A stretch of DNA of 64,000 nucleotides from Candidatus Poribacteria bacterium (GCA_965116925.1 OZ220744.1:5344001-5408000), one strand, 5' to 3'; shown: positions 39,968-49,919, counted from the stretch's first letter. Numbers and translations are program-made. Notes: generated by a model not told the origin, from the letters alone.

Positions 39968-41212
39968 GTGAAATTGAGACTCAATTTCAACAAATCCGAG
40001 AGTTTAGCATTGCGAATCCTCTGTTGTGTTATGCTTCTATTTTTAATAGCTCAAGTCGTACCGGCTGAATCCGAACGATTTAGTGTCTCCGGTTACGGAG
40101 TAATCAATTACGCTAACTTCGATTGGCAAACCGATCCAGAGCGACGCGCCCACATTGATGTTGAACGGCTTGTCGTCGCGCCGAAACTCCAGATGACCGA
40201 GTCCATCCGTCTTGAAGCGGAGCTAGAGTTTGAGCATGGCGGGACCGGCACTACAATGGAGTTCGATAAATTTGAGGAGTTTGGCGAATTCGAGACGGAA
40301 GTCGAAAAAGGTGGCGAGGTCATTGTTGAGAAACTTGCCGCGGTTTTTGAGATTCGTCCGACACTTAACCTTCGGATTGGTCACATCATCGTGCCGGTCG
40401 GCTTGACTGCCAAGCGGCATCGCCCCCAACACTACTTCACAACCACCCGCCCTGAATCTGAATCTAACCTGATTCCAACCATCTGGCATGAAAATGGGAT
40501 CGAGCTATTCGGCAAAGTTGGTGCACTTAGCTATCAGGCACAAGTTGTCAACGGCTTGGACTCCACCGGCTTCAGTTCGCGCCGCTGGATTGTTGGCGGT
40601 CATCAACTCCGGTTTGAGACCGCTAATGCTGAAGATTTCGCGCTCGTCGGTCGGGTCGATTATCAGGTCGTGTCTGGAGCAGTTCTCGGTGTTTCTGGTT
40701 ACTACGGAGACAGCGCGGACAATCGTCCTAAACCGGACTTCGATCTCGATGCCCATGTTTCAATTGCTGACCTGCACGGCTTTTACGAGGTCGGTGCGGT
40801 GAAGGTTCGTGGAATGTTTCTTTACGGCACACTCGAAAACTCAGAACTTATTTCCAAAACCAACCGAAATCTCTCAAATAACCTGAACGTCAAGCGGACA
40901 CCCGTCGGTAGCCAAGCCTTCGGGGGATACCTCGAAGTCGGCTACAATCTGCTCACGTTTTTCAAATCATCGTTAAATACCGAGGCAGGGCTCGATCTGT
41001 TCGTCCGCTACGACAATTACGATACAATGGCTGAGGTTGAGGGGGATATCTTTGATAATCCGCGTTGGGAACGTCAGACGTGGACATTTGGCATCAATTA
41101 TCACCTGCATTCGCAGCTTGTTTTTAAGGGACACTACTCCGCACGGAGATTGGGCACCGAAGTTGAAAACCAAGAAAATACCTTTGCACTCGGCTTCGGG
41201 TTTCAATACTAA
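39968..41212 (+). CDS. outer-membrane beta-barrel porin associated with imelysin iron-uptake loci; start uncertain
   Basis: Signal peptide, GYG..NY, ELEFEHGGTG, IPTIWHENG, C-terminal GFGFQY. Confidence 0.8.
   Translation: MKLRLNFNKSESLALRILCCVMLLFLIAQVVPAESERFSVSGYGVINYANFDWQTDPERRAHIDVERLVVAPKLQMTESIRLEAELEFEHGGTGTTMEFDKFEEFGEFETEVEKGGEVIVEKLAAVFEIRPTLNLRIGHIIVPVGLTAKRHRPQHYFTTTRPESESNLIPTIWHENGIELFGKVGALSYQAQVVNGLDSTGFSSRRWIVGGHQLRFETANAEDFALVGRVDYQVVSGAVLGVSGYYGDSADNRPKPDFDLDAHVSIADLHGFYEVGAVKVRGMFLYGTLENSELISKTNRNLSNNLNVKRTPVGSQAFGGYLEVGYNLLTFFKSSLNTEAGLDLFVRYDNYDTMAEVEGDIFDNPRWERQTWTFGINYHLHSQLVFKGHYSARRLGTEVENQENTFALGFGFQY
39969..39989. promoter_or_regulatory. Fur-like box 2 (perfect 10-1-10 palindrome)
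   Basis: TGAAATTGAG-A-CTCAATTTCA, 15/21 match to the Fur consensus. Confidence 0.7.
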
Positions 41213-41242
41213 TTTAACTTCAAACTAAAAAGGAGGAATCCA

Positions 41243-42376
41243 ATGAGATTCAATCAATATTTATCAAAACTCTTTTGCTGTACACTATCAGCATTTCTGG
41301 TCCTATCAATTGGTCTCATCGGTTGCAGCCTCACCGGCTGTGGCAGCGACGAAGAAAGTGACGATGATGTTACTACTGTAAGTGAAAGTGAAGAAGAAGC
41401 GTTTGATGCTAGTCCTATCTTGGACAACTTCGCCAACTCAATCGTACTTGCGACCTATACCGATTTGGACAGCAAAGCAGGTTCTCTGCTAGGTACTGTG
41501 CAGGCGTTGGGAGCTGCTACCAACCAAGCCCATTTGGAACTGGCACAAAATGCCTGGAAGGAAGCTCGGATACCGTGGGAACAGAGTGAAGCGTTCCTGT
41601 TCGGTCCCGTTGATACACAGGGACTTGACCCGGCACTTGATAGTTGGCCCGTCAATAAGGTTGACCTTGATGGAGTGCTTGGCAGCGATCAGGAATTGAC
41701 CGAAGCGTCCATTGACGCGCTCGAAGATACGCTGAAAGGCTTCCATACTATCGAGTATCTCCTCTTCCGAGAGGGGAACCAGCGAAAAGCTGAGGATATT
41801 ACGCCCCGTGAACTTGAGTACCTCGTTGCAACGACAGAGAATCTCAAAGCAAAAACGGCTCAGTTGGCTAACGCGTGGGCTGCCTCAGGCGAAAATTACG
41901 CCGGAGAGGTCGCCAACGCCGGCACCTCCAGCACCATCTATAAATCACAGAAGGACGCAATGCAGGAGATGGTCAACGGCATGATCGTCATCGCCGATGA
42001 GGTCGCCAACGGCAAGATCTCCGACCCGTTCAATGAGAAGGACACAACCCTCGTCGAGTCGCAGTTCAGCTTCAACTCGATTAGCGACTTCCAAGACAAT
42101 ATCCGCGGGATTCAGAATGTCTACATGGGGAAATTCGCCGCAGACGGTCAGGGGCTCGACGAATTTGTAAACGGGGTGGACGCTGCGCTGGACGCGAGAT
42201 TCCAAACTGAAGTCCAGACCGCGATTGATACCATCGGTGCGATTCCAGATCCCTTCCGTGATTCAATCACCGCCCAACGTGCTGCTGTCCAAGCAGCGAT
42301 TGATGCGGTCAGTACGGTTCAGCAGACGCTAGAGAACGATATCTTGAAGTTGGTGCTAGACAGTAATTTCAACTAA
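41243..42376 (+). CDS. imelysin / iron-regulated protein A (IrpA)-like lipoprotein
   Basis: Lipobox, AWKEAR.PWEQSEAFLFGP, LDSWP, GFHTIEYLLF (GxHxxE), ESQFS.NS..DF..NI. Confidence 0.9.
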   Translation: MRFNQYLSKLFCCTLSAFLVLSIGLIGCSLTGCGSDEESDDDVTTVSESEEEAFDASPILDNFANSIVLATYTDLDSKAGSLLGTVQALGAATNQAHLELAQNAWKEARIPWEQSEAFLFGPVDTQGLDPALDSWPVNKVDLDGVLGSDQELTEASIDALEDTLKGFHTIEYLLFREGNQRKAEDITPRELEYLVATTENLKAKTAQLANAWAASGENYAGEVANAGTSSTIYKSQKDAMQEMVNGMIVIADEVANGKISDPFNEKDTTLVESQFSFNSISDFQDNIRGIQNVYMGKFAADGQGLDEFVNGVDAALDARFQTEVQTAIDTIGAIPDPFRDSITAQRAAVQAAIDAVSTVQQTLENDILKLVLDSNFN

Positions 42377-42396
42377 CGCTGGTTAGCGTGTGACGG

Positions 42397-42429
42397 AGAA
42401 ACCGAGTTTTTCCAAAAAACTCGGTTTCT
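42397..42429. repeat. AGAAACCGAG-type REP-like palindrome, copy 3
   Basis: AGAAACCGAGTTTTT-cca-AAAAACTCGGTTTCT. Confidence 0.85.
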
Positions 42430-42524
42430 TTGCACGATTTATTCGCACGTGCCACGTAACCATTGGGGATTGGGCAGCATATCTATCGTTTGCTAATAGG
42501 AAAAATCATCTTGAGGTGACAGCA

Positions 42525-43082
42525 GTGATATCGAAAAACGACTTCCCAAACCTGTTTGGGCGTAGCAGTTGGGGTACTGTAACCTGTGAGTTTGAATGCC
42601 TCAATGAGATACCACCTCTCAACCTAATTGGTAATGTCAACCTTGTTCCGTTCAAAGGGGATCGGTGGTTGGTCCTTCGCTTACAAACAGGGGAATGGGA
42701 AGTTCCGGGTGGCACGTTGGAGCCGGGCGAAAGCTATTCGGACGCAATCAGTCGTGAACTAATCGAAGAGGCTGGTGCGCGCCTGCTAACCTTTGAACCA
42801 CTCGGCACTTGGCACTGTTTTTCGACTGCCTCGAAACCTTATCGCCCACATTTGCCACATCCCGAATTCTATCGGCTTGTGGGTTATGGAGCGGTAGAAA
42901 TCACCGGCAGCCCCGAAAATCCTGAAGGCGGCGAACAAGTTGCAAGCGTAGACCTCGTTCCTGTTGAGGAAGCTGTTCAGAGATTTCGTGACATAAATCG
43001 GCTTGAGTTAGCAGAGCTATATCAGTTGGCAGTGAGAATGCGTGAGGCAAAAAATGAAAAACAGCGAAAAATTGGCGTTTGA
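42525..43082 (+). CDS. NUDIX hydrolase
   Basis: Nudix box GGTLEPGESYSDAISRELIEEAG; GTG at 42525 after GAGGT (the longer ORF runs through a REP). Confidence 0.85.
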   Translation: MISKNDFPNLFGRSSWGTVTCEFECLNEIPPLNLIGNVNLVPFKGDRWLVLRLQTGEWEVPGGTLEPGESYSDAISRELIEEAGARLLTFEPLGTWHCFSTASKPYRPHLPHPEFYRLVGYGAVEITGSPENPEGGEQVASVDLVPVEEAVQRFRDINRLELAELYQLAVRMREAKNEKQRKIGV

Positions 43083-44487
43083 AATCATGAAATCAAATCA
43101 TCGTTCATACGTTCTGTCTCTTATAACCTCACTTTGTATCCTAATCGCCGCTTGTGATTCGGATAATCTGACCGATCCGGAGAAGATAGCGGTCTCGGAT
43201 AAGGGACTTTCAGGCGGGGAGACGACCGTTTTTGACGCGACAAGCCATGCCTTTTCAACGCCTGCGCCAAATCTTTCGGCGGATGGGCTAGCAAAGCACC
43301 TTGAAGGTGACGTTGAGTTTGAAGCGGTTTTTGTCACAGTTCCGGCGGAGGTCAATCCGGGGCTTGGTCCCGTTTATAATAATATCTCTTGCATCAACTG
43401 TCATGCGCGAGATGGGCGGGGACGTGCACCAACGTCGGGTGAAAAACTCACATCAATGCTTTTCCGCGTGAGTCTTCCGAATCCAGAAAGCGATGGCACA
43501 CACGGACCCATCCCAGTTCCCGGTTTCGGGACACAACTCAATAACCGCGCAATCTTCGGTGTACCCCCGGAAGGAACGGTCGCGATCAATTATACGGAGG
43601 GTGAGCTTACGACCAGCGACGGGGTGAAGGTGCATCTCCGTACGCCGAACTACAAGATCGAAGACACGTATCAACCGTTGCCGGCTGGCGTTGAAATCTC
43701 GCCCCGTGTCGCCCCTGTTGTGTTTGGTCTGGGGCTACTTGAAGCGATACCTGAATCAGCCATCCTGGCCTTGGCGGATGAAGATGATCAGGATGGCGAT
43801 GGGATTTCAGGGAAGGCGAATTACGTCTGGGATGTCCAGAAGAATGGGTTGAGTCTTGGCCGATTTGGGTGGAAGGCGAATCAACCGACGCTGATTCAAC
43901 AGGTCGCTTCCGCCTACCACGACGACATGGGAATTACAACCTCGTTGTTGCCGAGAGAGAACTCGGATGGGCAACCGCAATACGACGGACGGGGGGATGA
44001 TCCAGAACTCAGCGATGAGATTTTGGATGTGGTGACATTTTACGTCCAAACCCTCGCTGTGCCTGCCCGACGCAACCTCGACGACCCAACGGTTCAACGT
44101 GGTGAAGAACTCTTTGAGAGCGCGCAGTGTTCCGGTTGCCATATCCCGACGCTGCAGACAGGGTTGCTATCGGATGTACCGGAGGTCTCCAACCAGACGA
44201 TTCACCCGTACACCGACCTACTGTTGCACGATATGGGTCCGGGGTTGGCAGACAATCGCCCAGACTTTTTGGCAAGCGGTTCGGAGTGGCGCACACCTCC
44301 GTTGTGGGGGATTGGGTTGGTCAAAGTGGTCAACGGGCACACCAACTTTCTCCACGACGGTCGGGCGAGAGGGTTATTGGAGGCGATCCTGTGGCATGGT
44401 GGAGAAGCAGAACAATCGCGTGAGGCAGTTCAAGGGATGTCCGCAAGCGACAGAGACGCGCTCATCGCTTTCCTAGAATCGTTGTAG
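43054..44487 (+). CDS. di-heme oxidoreductase (DHOR/DUF1111) family c-type cytochrome lipoprotein
   Basis: CINCH and CSGCH; GLGP.YN, GRFGWKA, YTDLLLHDMG, WRTPPLWG, LHDGRA; lipobox LIAAC. Confidence 0.92.
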   Translation: MKNSEKLAFEIMKSNHRSYVLSLITSLCILIAACDSDNLTDPEKIAVSDKGLSGGETTVFDATSHAFSTPAPNLSADGLAKHLEGDVEFEAVFVTVPAEVNPGLGPVYNNISCINCHARDGRGRAPTSGEKLTSMLFRVSLPNPESDGTHGPIPVPGFGTQLNNRAIFGVPPEGTVAINYTEGELTTSDGVKVHLRTPNYKIEDTYQPLPAGVEISPRVAPVVFGLGLLEAIPESAILALADEDDQDGDGISGKANYVWDVQKNGLSLGRFGWKANQPTLIQQVASAYHDDMGITTSLLPRENSDGQPQYDGRGDDPELSDEILDVVTFYVQTLAVPARRNLDDPTVQRGEELFESAQCSGCHIPTLQTGLLSDVPEVSNQTIHPYTDLLLHDMGPGLADNRPDFLASGSEWRTPPLWGIGLVKVVNGHTNFLHDGRARGLLEAILWHGGEAEQSREAVQGMSASDRDALIAFLESL

Positions 44488-44506
44488 TAGTATACGCGGG
44501 AGGGAG

Positions 44507-44992
44507 TTACGCTCCCTCTTCATCAGAAATAATCTGCTGTGCGAGGTAGTTTTGGATGCCCACTTGGTTAATCTGGTCGAGTTGAGCCTCTATCCAGTCA
44601 ATATGCTCTTCCTCATCTTTGAGGATACGCTCAAGAAGCTCTTCCGACCCGAAATCCTTATGGGTATGGGCAAGTTGGATGAATTCATTCAGCCGCTCGA
44701 CCGCTTCTGTTTCAAGGGCGAGGTCGTATGTCATCATCTCTTCGACATTCGCCCCGATTTTAATTTCAAAATAGCGTGCCATGTTTGGCATGGCGTTGAG
44801 ATAGAGGACACGGGCGATAAGCTCTTCAGCGTGCTTCATCTCTCCGATGGCGTGTTCGCGTATCGCTTGATGGAGACGTTCATATCCCCAGTTTTCGCAG
44901 ATTTCGGAATGGGCGAAATATTGGTTGATAGCAGTAAGTTCAGCAGTTAAAACTTCGTTGAGCACTTCGATAATTTCAGGATGTCCGTTCAC
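44507..44992 (-). CDS. bfr: bacterioferritin
   Basis: ELTAINQYF.H, EMKHAE (heme Met), EEEHIDW, NYL; GTG at 44992 with AAGGAG. Confidence 0.95.
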   Translation of the reverse strand: MNGHPEIIEVLNEVLTAELTAINQYFAHSEICENWGYERLHQAIREHAIGEMKHAEELIARVLYLNAMPNMARYFEIKIGANVEEMMTYDLALETEAVERLNEFIQLAHTHKDFGSEELLERILKDEEEHIDWIEAQLDQINQVGIQNYLAQQIISDEEGA

Positions 44993-45143
44993 TGTTTTCT
45001 CCTTATATTTGAAATGAGGTAGATTCAATCGAAACTGTATATAATAACGCTGTGAAAGGGTGGAAGGGTTGACCTAACGTAAAAACTCTTTTCTCTCAGC
45101 AGCTTTGCTCCTATTTTTGATATGAACCAATTAGAGGAGACTT

Positions 45144-45563
45144 ATGGCTTTACAAGTCCAAGAGTTACAACGAAATTCGGGCGTCTCTCGATTCGTAAAA
45201 GCAGCTAAAACGGCTGAGGTCGGTCCCGGCAACTGCATTAGCGCGAAGTTGGAAGGTAACTTCATCGGCATCCACAACGTCAATGGAAAGTTTTACGCGG
45301 TGAACAATATCTGCCCTCATGTCGGTGGTATCTTACACGCGGGTCAGCTAGAAAATGACGTTATCGTTTGCCCGATTCATCAATGGAGGTTTGATGTCAA
45401 AACGGGCAAGTGTATTTGGCCCGGCAAATGTGGGATTGCGACCTATCCCGTAAAGGTTGACGGGGAACATATTCTTGTTGATATCAATTCACCCAGCCAG
45501 CCAATCCAACACAATCCCATTCGCGTTTACCACACGAAGACAGAACGGAGGGCACAACTATGA
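45144..45563 (+). CDS. Rieske [2Fe-2S] ferredoxin
   Basis: CPHVG...CPIHQWRFDVKTG. Confidence 0.9.
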   Translation: MALQVQELQRNSGVSRFVKAAKTAEVGPGNCISAKLEGNFIGIHNVNGKFYAVNNICPHVGGILHAGQLENDVIVCPIHQWRFDVKTGKCIWPGKCGIATYPVKVDGEHILVDINSPSQPIQHNPIRVYHTKTERRAQL

Positions 45564-45916
45564 TAACTGTTGCAAATCGAATCTACGTTGCACCCGAATA
45601 TCGAGAAGCCTTTGAGGAGCGTTTTCGCAATCGCGCTCGACTCATTGACGGGATGCCCGGCTTCATCTCAAATCAGGTGTTGCGTCCGGTCAATGAGGAT
45701 GATCCCTACGTCGTGTTTACGCTTTGGGAATCGCGGAAGGACTTTGAGAACTGGGTTGAATCAGAAGAGTTTCGCAAGGGACACGCCCAGTCGGGAACGC
45801 TGCCCCAAGAAGCGTTTACACAGTCGAACAAACTGGAACTTCACGAGGTATTCCTCGATTCTGCCCGACCAGACCTTGAGGAGGAGCCGGAGGGTGGACC
45901 GTTCAGGGTACACTAA
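45560..45916 (+). CDS. ABM-family monooxygenase, IsdG/MhuD/HmoA-like heme-degrading enzyme
   Basis: NRI.V...FEERF..R......PGF, T.WES...F..W..SEEF..GH retain the Asn/Trp/His triad; ATGA overlap with the Rieske gene. Confidence 0.8.
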   Translation: MITVANRIYVAPEYREAFEERFRNRARLIDGMPGFISNQVLRPVNEDDPYVVFTLWESRKDFENWVESEEFRKGHAQSGTLPQEAFTQSNKLELHEVFLDSARPDLEEEPEGGPFRVH

Positions 45917-46069
45917 GGTGTATGGCTCAGCTCTGTCTGACAAATCCAAGCGATCGGGGAAAAACAGCAAAAATGAAAGACAAATTGATTTTCGTCAAAC
46001 TTACTCATGAAAACTTGAACAGGTTCTTATTACTTCAGTAAGTATCGCTCAATAAAGTTGTGCCCTTAT

Positions 46070-46090
46070 TGACACTGAGATTCATTATCA
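46070..46090. promoter_or_regulatory. Fur-like box 3, upstream of the heme-uptake operon
   Basis: TGACACTGAGATTCATTATCA, 17/21 match to the Fur consensus. Confidence 0.75.
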
Positions 46091-46311
46091 ATAAACAGAA
46101 GAAATAAAAGAACAGAAAAGGCGAACGATAGAAAAAGGGACAGCTCCCAACGGCCAATTGTTAGCTATATCCCATATCCCTATCGGTTTGATGTATTGGG
46201 GCTTTTTTGCGCCCACTTGGGGCGAGCCTCCGCCTTTTCTGTTTCCATTAAGGATAGCCAATAACTGTACGGTTGTCAAGGAAATTCATCCCACATAAAA
46301 CAGAGGCTAAG

Positions 46312-47034
46312 GTGCAAGATAACACAAGCTCGCATTCAACGACTATCGAGCCAAACCCCAGCAAGCAGAAAAAGCAGGAGAGACGGCGTTCACCCTACAT
46401 TTTTCTTCCAGCGGGGTGGAGCCGGGGCGCATTTCTCAAATGGTTGCGTCGAACACACGCTTGGCTGGGACTTTGGGGCGCAACGCTGGGCATTTTGTTT
46501 GGCATCACCGGAATCTTACTCAACCATCGGGGAGTCATGAAGATTAACGTCGCTAAGACCGAGCGGACAAAGATTGAACTTGCACTACCAGAAACGCGAC
46601 CAGAAAGTGTCGAGGGTTTCGCGGTGTGGCTTCAAGCCGAGCTGGGTATTGAGAAGAAGTGGAGTCGTGCACGTTCCGAGCCAGCACAAGAAATCAGTTG
46701 GGATGGGCGGTCGGTAGTACAACCTGAAAGATGGCGCGTCAGCTTCAGTAATCCACAACGCACTTATAGCGCGGAATATTGGGTTGGCAACAGTTACGCT
46801 AGTGTCACACAATTTGATCGAAATGTCTTTGCATTTCTCAATCGTTTGCACATGGCGAGTGGGATGGGTGCTGCATGGATTCTCCTCGCCGATTCAATTG
46901 CGGGCAGCTTAATCATCCTCTCCCTTACCGGGATATTACTCTGGACGCGACTCCACGGCCCTCGTCTGCTTGCCGCGGGGCTCGGTTTTGGATCGCTGAC
47001 CCTTGCAATCTTTTTTGTCTGGCGAGCTCTCTAA
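46312..47034 (+). CDS. PepSY-associated TM helix protein (iron-regulated membrane protein)
   Basis: WLRRTHAWLG, TGILLNH, LNRLH, SLTGILLW; GTG at 46312 after GAGG. Confidence 0.85.
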   Translation: MQDNTSSHSTTIEPNPSKQKKQERRRSPYIFLPAGWSRGAFLKWLRRTHAWLGLWGATLGILFGITGILLNHRGVMKINVAKTERTKIELALPETRPESVEGFAVWLQAELGIEKKWSRARSEPAQEISWDGRSVVQPERWRVSFSNPQRTYSAEYWVGNSYASVTQFDRNVFAFLNRLHMASGMGAAWILLADSIAGSLIILSLTGILLWTRLHGPRLLAAGLGFGSLTLAIFFVWRAL

Positions 47035-47083
47035 TTGATTCACCGGGCGGTTATTTTACTACTACACAGAAAGGAGATAGTTG

Positions 47084-49006
47084 ATGCAGTTATACAGACG
47101 GATCTGGATAGGATTCTTGGTTATCTTCACGGTCAGTGGAATACGGTTAAGTTTCGCTGCAACAGAGCCAAAGACTGACCTTTTTCGACTGGATGAAGTG
47201 GTCGTCACCGGCACAAAAACCGAGCGGCGATTGAAAGACACACCTGTTATCACGGAGGTCATCACACGCAGTGAGATTGAAGCGACAGGTGCAGAAAACA
47301 TTGGCGAAGTACTTGAACATCGAGTGGGGATTGTTGTTGATCGTGATGCTCACGGCGACGGTGTTCAACTGCAAGGGCTTGATTCGGATTATATCCTGAT
47401 TCTCCTTGATGGCGAGCCACAGGTCGGCCGAATCGCTGGTAAACTGGATCTCGCACGGATCGCAGTCGAAAACGTTGATCGGATCGAGATTGTTAAGGGT
47501 GCATCGTCCGCACTCTTTGGCAGCGCCGCGATGGGAGGTGTAATTAACGTTATCACACGCAAAGCATCGTCCCCACTTGCTGCTCAATTCACCAATAATT
47601 TTGAAACCCACAACACCATCGACAGTCGTAGCACGGTTCAACTGAAACATGACAAAATCAACGCGCTATTGACCCTCGCTGCAAATCGCCGAAGTCCAAT
47701 TGATCTAGACGAATCAGACCTTACAACGACCATTGATGGCTATAAGAACTGGAGCCACTCTGCGCGGAGTGAATATCAACTGACTTCCAAATCGACACTG
47801 CTGTTTTTGGGGCAATATTTTGCCCAAAAGCAGGAGGGGGTTAGTGAAACAGAAGGCGTCGTCTTTGACCGACTCGGTGATATAGACAACTTCAGCGGAA
47901 GTGTCGGTACAGGATATCAATTCGGTTCGCGCTCGAAGTTGATGGGTAAAATCTACGCCACACGCTATCGCGATGAATCGACGGTTATTGACCGCGGCAC
48001 CTCGCTCACTGCGTCCTCAAACGTCACAGTTCAAGACTTAATCAAAGGTGAAGCGCAATTTGACGTCGCTCTCGGATCGAAGAACCAACTGACCGTTGGG
48101 GCGGAGTTAATTTTTGAAAACCTCGAATCCCAACGCATCACGGGCGGTGAGAAAGACGTTACAACCGATTCACTGTTTTTCCAAAACGAATTTCGACCGA
48201 TAGCTAACCTTGCATTTGTCTTGGGAGGACGACTTGACTATCATTCCGAATTCGGAACACACTTCAGCCCAAAGTTAAGTGGGATGTACCACGTGACCCG
48301 TGATGTCACAATTCGCACCTCATACGGTCAAGGCTTTCGTGCACCTGACTTCAAAGACCTTTATCTCGACTTCAGCAATCCGACATCTGGCTATCAGGTG
48401 CTTGGAAACCCAGACCTACAACCCGAGTCGTCAGGTAATTGGAATCTTGGGGTTGAATACCAGTTTAAGTCCTCACTGCTCGGGCGGGTGCACCTGTATC
48501 GAAACAACCTGAACAACCTGATCGAAGCGGAGCGAATCGGGGAGAGTGTACTTGGTGGAAGCAAATTTCAGTATTTCAACCTCAGCGAAGCATTCACCGA
48601 AGGGGTTGAGGTGGAACTTTCGACCCGCTCAATCGGTGGCTTCTCCGTGACGATCGGCTATGCATATCTCAACGGCGAGGATAAGGAGACAGGTTTGACA
48701 TTGCTCAATCGATCAAAGCACAGTAGCAACCTTAAACTTGCCTATACCAACCAAGGCACCGGTTTCAACGTAGATCTGCGCGGGCGTTACGCCAGCAAGT
48801 GGGGATTCTTCGACGACGGTGACAACGTCCTTGAAGATGAGGAGTACGCGCCGAGCAACTGGATTTGGAACATTCGGGGGTCTAAGCAGGTGTTCAAATG
48901 GCTTAAAGCTTCCGCCGGCGTTAATAACATTTTCGACTTCAAGATTCCAACCTTTTACACCTTTACCGGGCGGTCGTTTTATGGCGGTCTCTCTTTGATT
49001 TATTGA
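47084..49006 (+). CDS. TonB-dependent outer-membrane receptor (HmuR/CirA-like)
   Basis: EVVVTGT TonB box/plug, RIEIVKG.SS.LFGS.AMGGVINVIT, FRAP...NPDL.PE, C-terminal aromatic residue. Confidence 0.92.
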   Translation: MQLYRRIWIGFLVIFTVSGIRLSFAATEPKTDLFRLDEVVVTGTKTERRLKDTPVITEVITRSEIEATGAENIGEVLEHRVGIVVDRDAHGDGVQLQGLDSDYILILLDGEPQVGRIAGKLDLARIAVENVDRIEIVKGASSALFGSAAMGGVINVITRKASSPLAAQFTNNFETHNTIDSRSTVQLKHDKINALLTLAANRRSPIDLDESDLTTTIDGYKNWSHSARSEYQLTSKSTLLFLGQYFAQKQEGVSETEGVVFDRLGDIDNFSGSVGTGYQFGSRSKLMGKIYATRYRDESTVIDRGTSLTASSNVTVQDLIKGEAQFDVALGSKNQLTVGAELIFENLESQRITGGEKDVTTDSLFFQNEFRPIANLAFVLGGRLDYHSEFGTHFSPKLSGMYHVTRDVTIRTSYGQGFRAPDFKDLYLDFSNPTSGYQVLGNPDLQPESSGNWNLGVEYQFKSSLLGRVHLYRNNLNNLIEAERIGESVLGGSKFQYFNLSEAFTEGVEVELSTRSIGGFSVTIGYAYLNGEDKETGLTLLNRSKHSSNLKLAYTNQGTGFNVDLRGRYASKWGFFDDGDNVLEDEEYAPSNWIWNIRGSKQVFKWLKASAGVNNIFDFKIPTFYTFTGRSFYGGLSLIY

Positions 49007-49168
49007 GCGGGCCGTCAAATGGCCACAAGCTTTCTTTCATAGGGTGGAGAAGGCTTGTTTTGATAACCTACCCTAGGCTCACCAGCTTGTTGGGGTTAGG
49101 AGGCAGGCTAGTGAGCATGTTGTAGCGAGTCATGCGTAACGCATAAAAATATTTGCCTCCCGTTACGC

Positions 49169-49919
49169 ATGACTCATTACACAGCAATCAAGAAGATGGA
49201 ACTCAGCAGAGCACATCTCTTCGGATTCATCGGTTTTACTTCGATATTTTTTACTGGGACGTTAGTTGCGTTCACGCCCCTATTGCAGCAGTTATGCCTG
49301 CTGTTATATTCACGGGCACTTCTGTTTGCAGCCGGTGCCTTTGCATGTGCGTGTGCTTTATCGTTGATTTATCTTCTCCAAGAAATCCAACTCAAACGGA
49401 AACAATTTCTGCTGGTATTTTTCCATCTACCAGCACTTGAACGGTTGGACACACTTTCCTATCAGAGTGTGATTGTCGGGGTATCACTGTCGGTCCTCGG
49501 ATTGCTAACCGCTTTTCTGCTACACAGCAACCCCCATAGCGATTGGTCTCACCAGATATCGGTCGCGCGTTGTATATGGCTGGTCTATCTGCTTCAACTG
49601 TTCGTCAGATTTGTGCTTTGCCGACGTGGAAGAAAGTCGGGGTAGCACCGCAGTTAAGTGTGGTAGGCATCAAATGTCTGAAATTATGGGCAAAATCCGA
49701 GGCACACCCAAAAATGGCATACATCGGTAATACGCCTCGAAACCCCGTGTTCATTGAGGATTTCTCTGATGAATGCCTTGTTGCTGTATGAACGATTTTG
49801 CAAACTTGAGTGCCGATTTCACTACTCCACACTTTAGTGCAGACCTACCAAAGTCGGCGTATGTCTCAATCATTTGTTTTTTAATTCTAATATTTTTACA
49901 TGCATCCTTCCAGTGGTAA
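49169..49919 (+). pseudogene. CcsA/HemX-like cytochrome c assembly membrane protein interrupted by a MITE
   Basis: YLLQE.QLKRK, LPALERLD, W.VY, RGRKS; removing 49641-49857 restores ...RGRKSAYVSIICFLILIFLHASFQW* ending at 49919. Confidence 0.75.
49641..49849 (-). mobile_element. 209-bp MITE, copy 2, with 8-bp target-site duplication
   Basis: AAAGTCGG at 49633-49640 and 49850-49857; inverted near-identical copy of 38444-38652. Confidence 0.92.
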
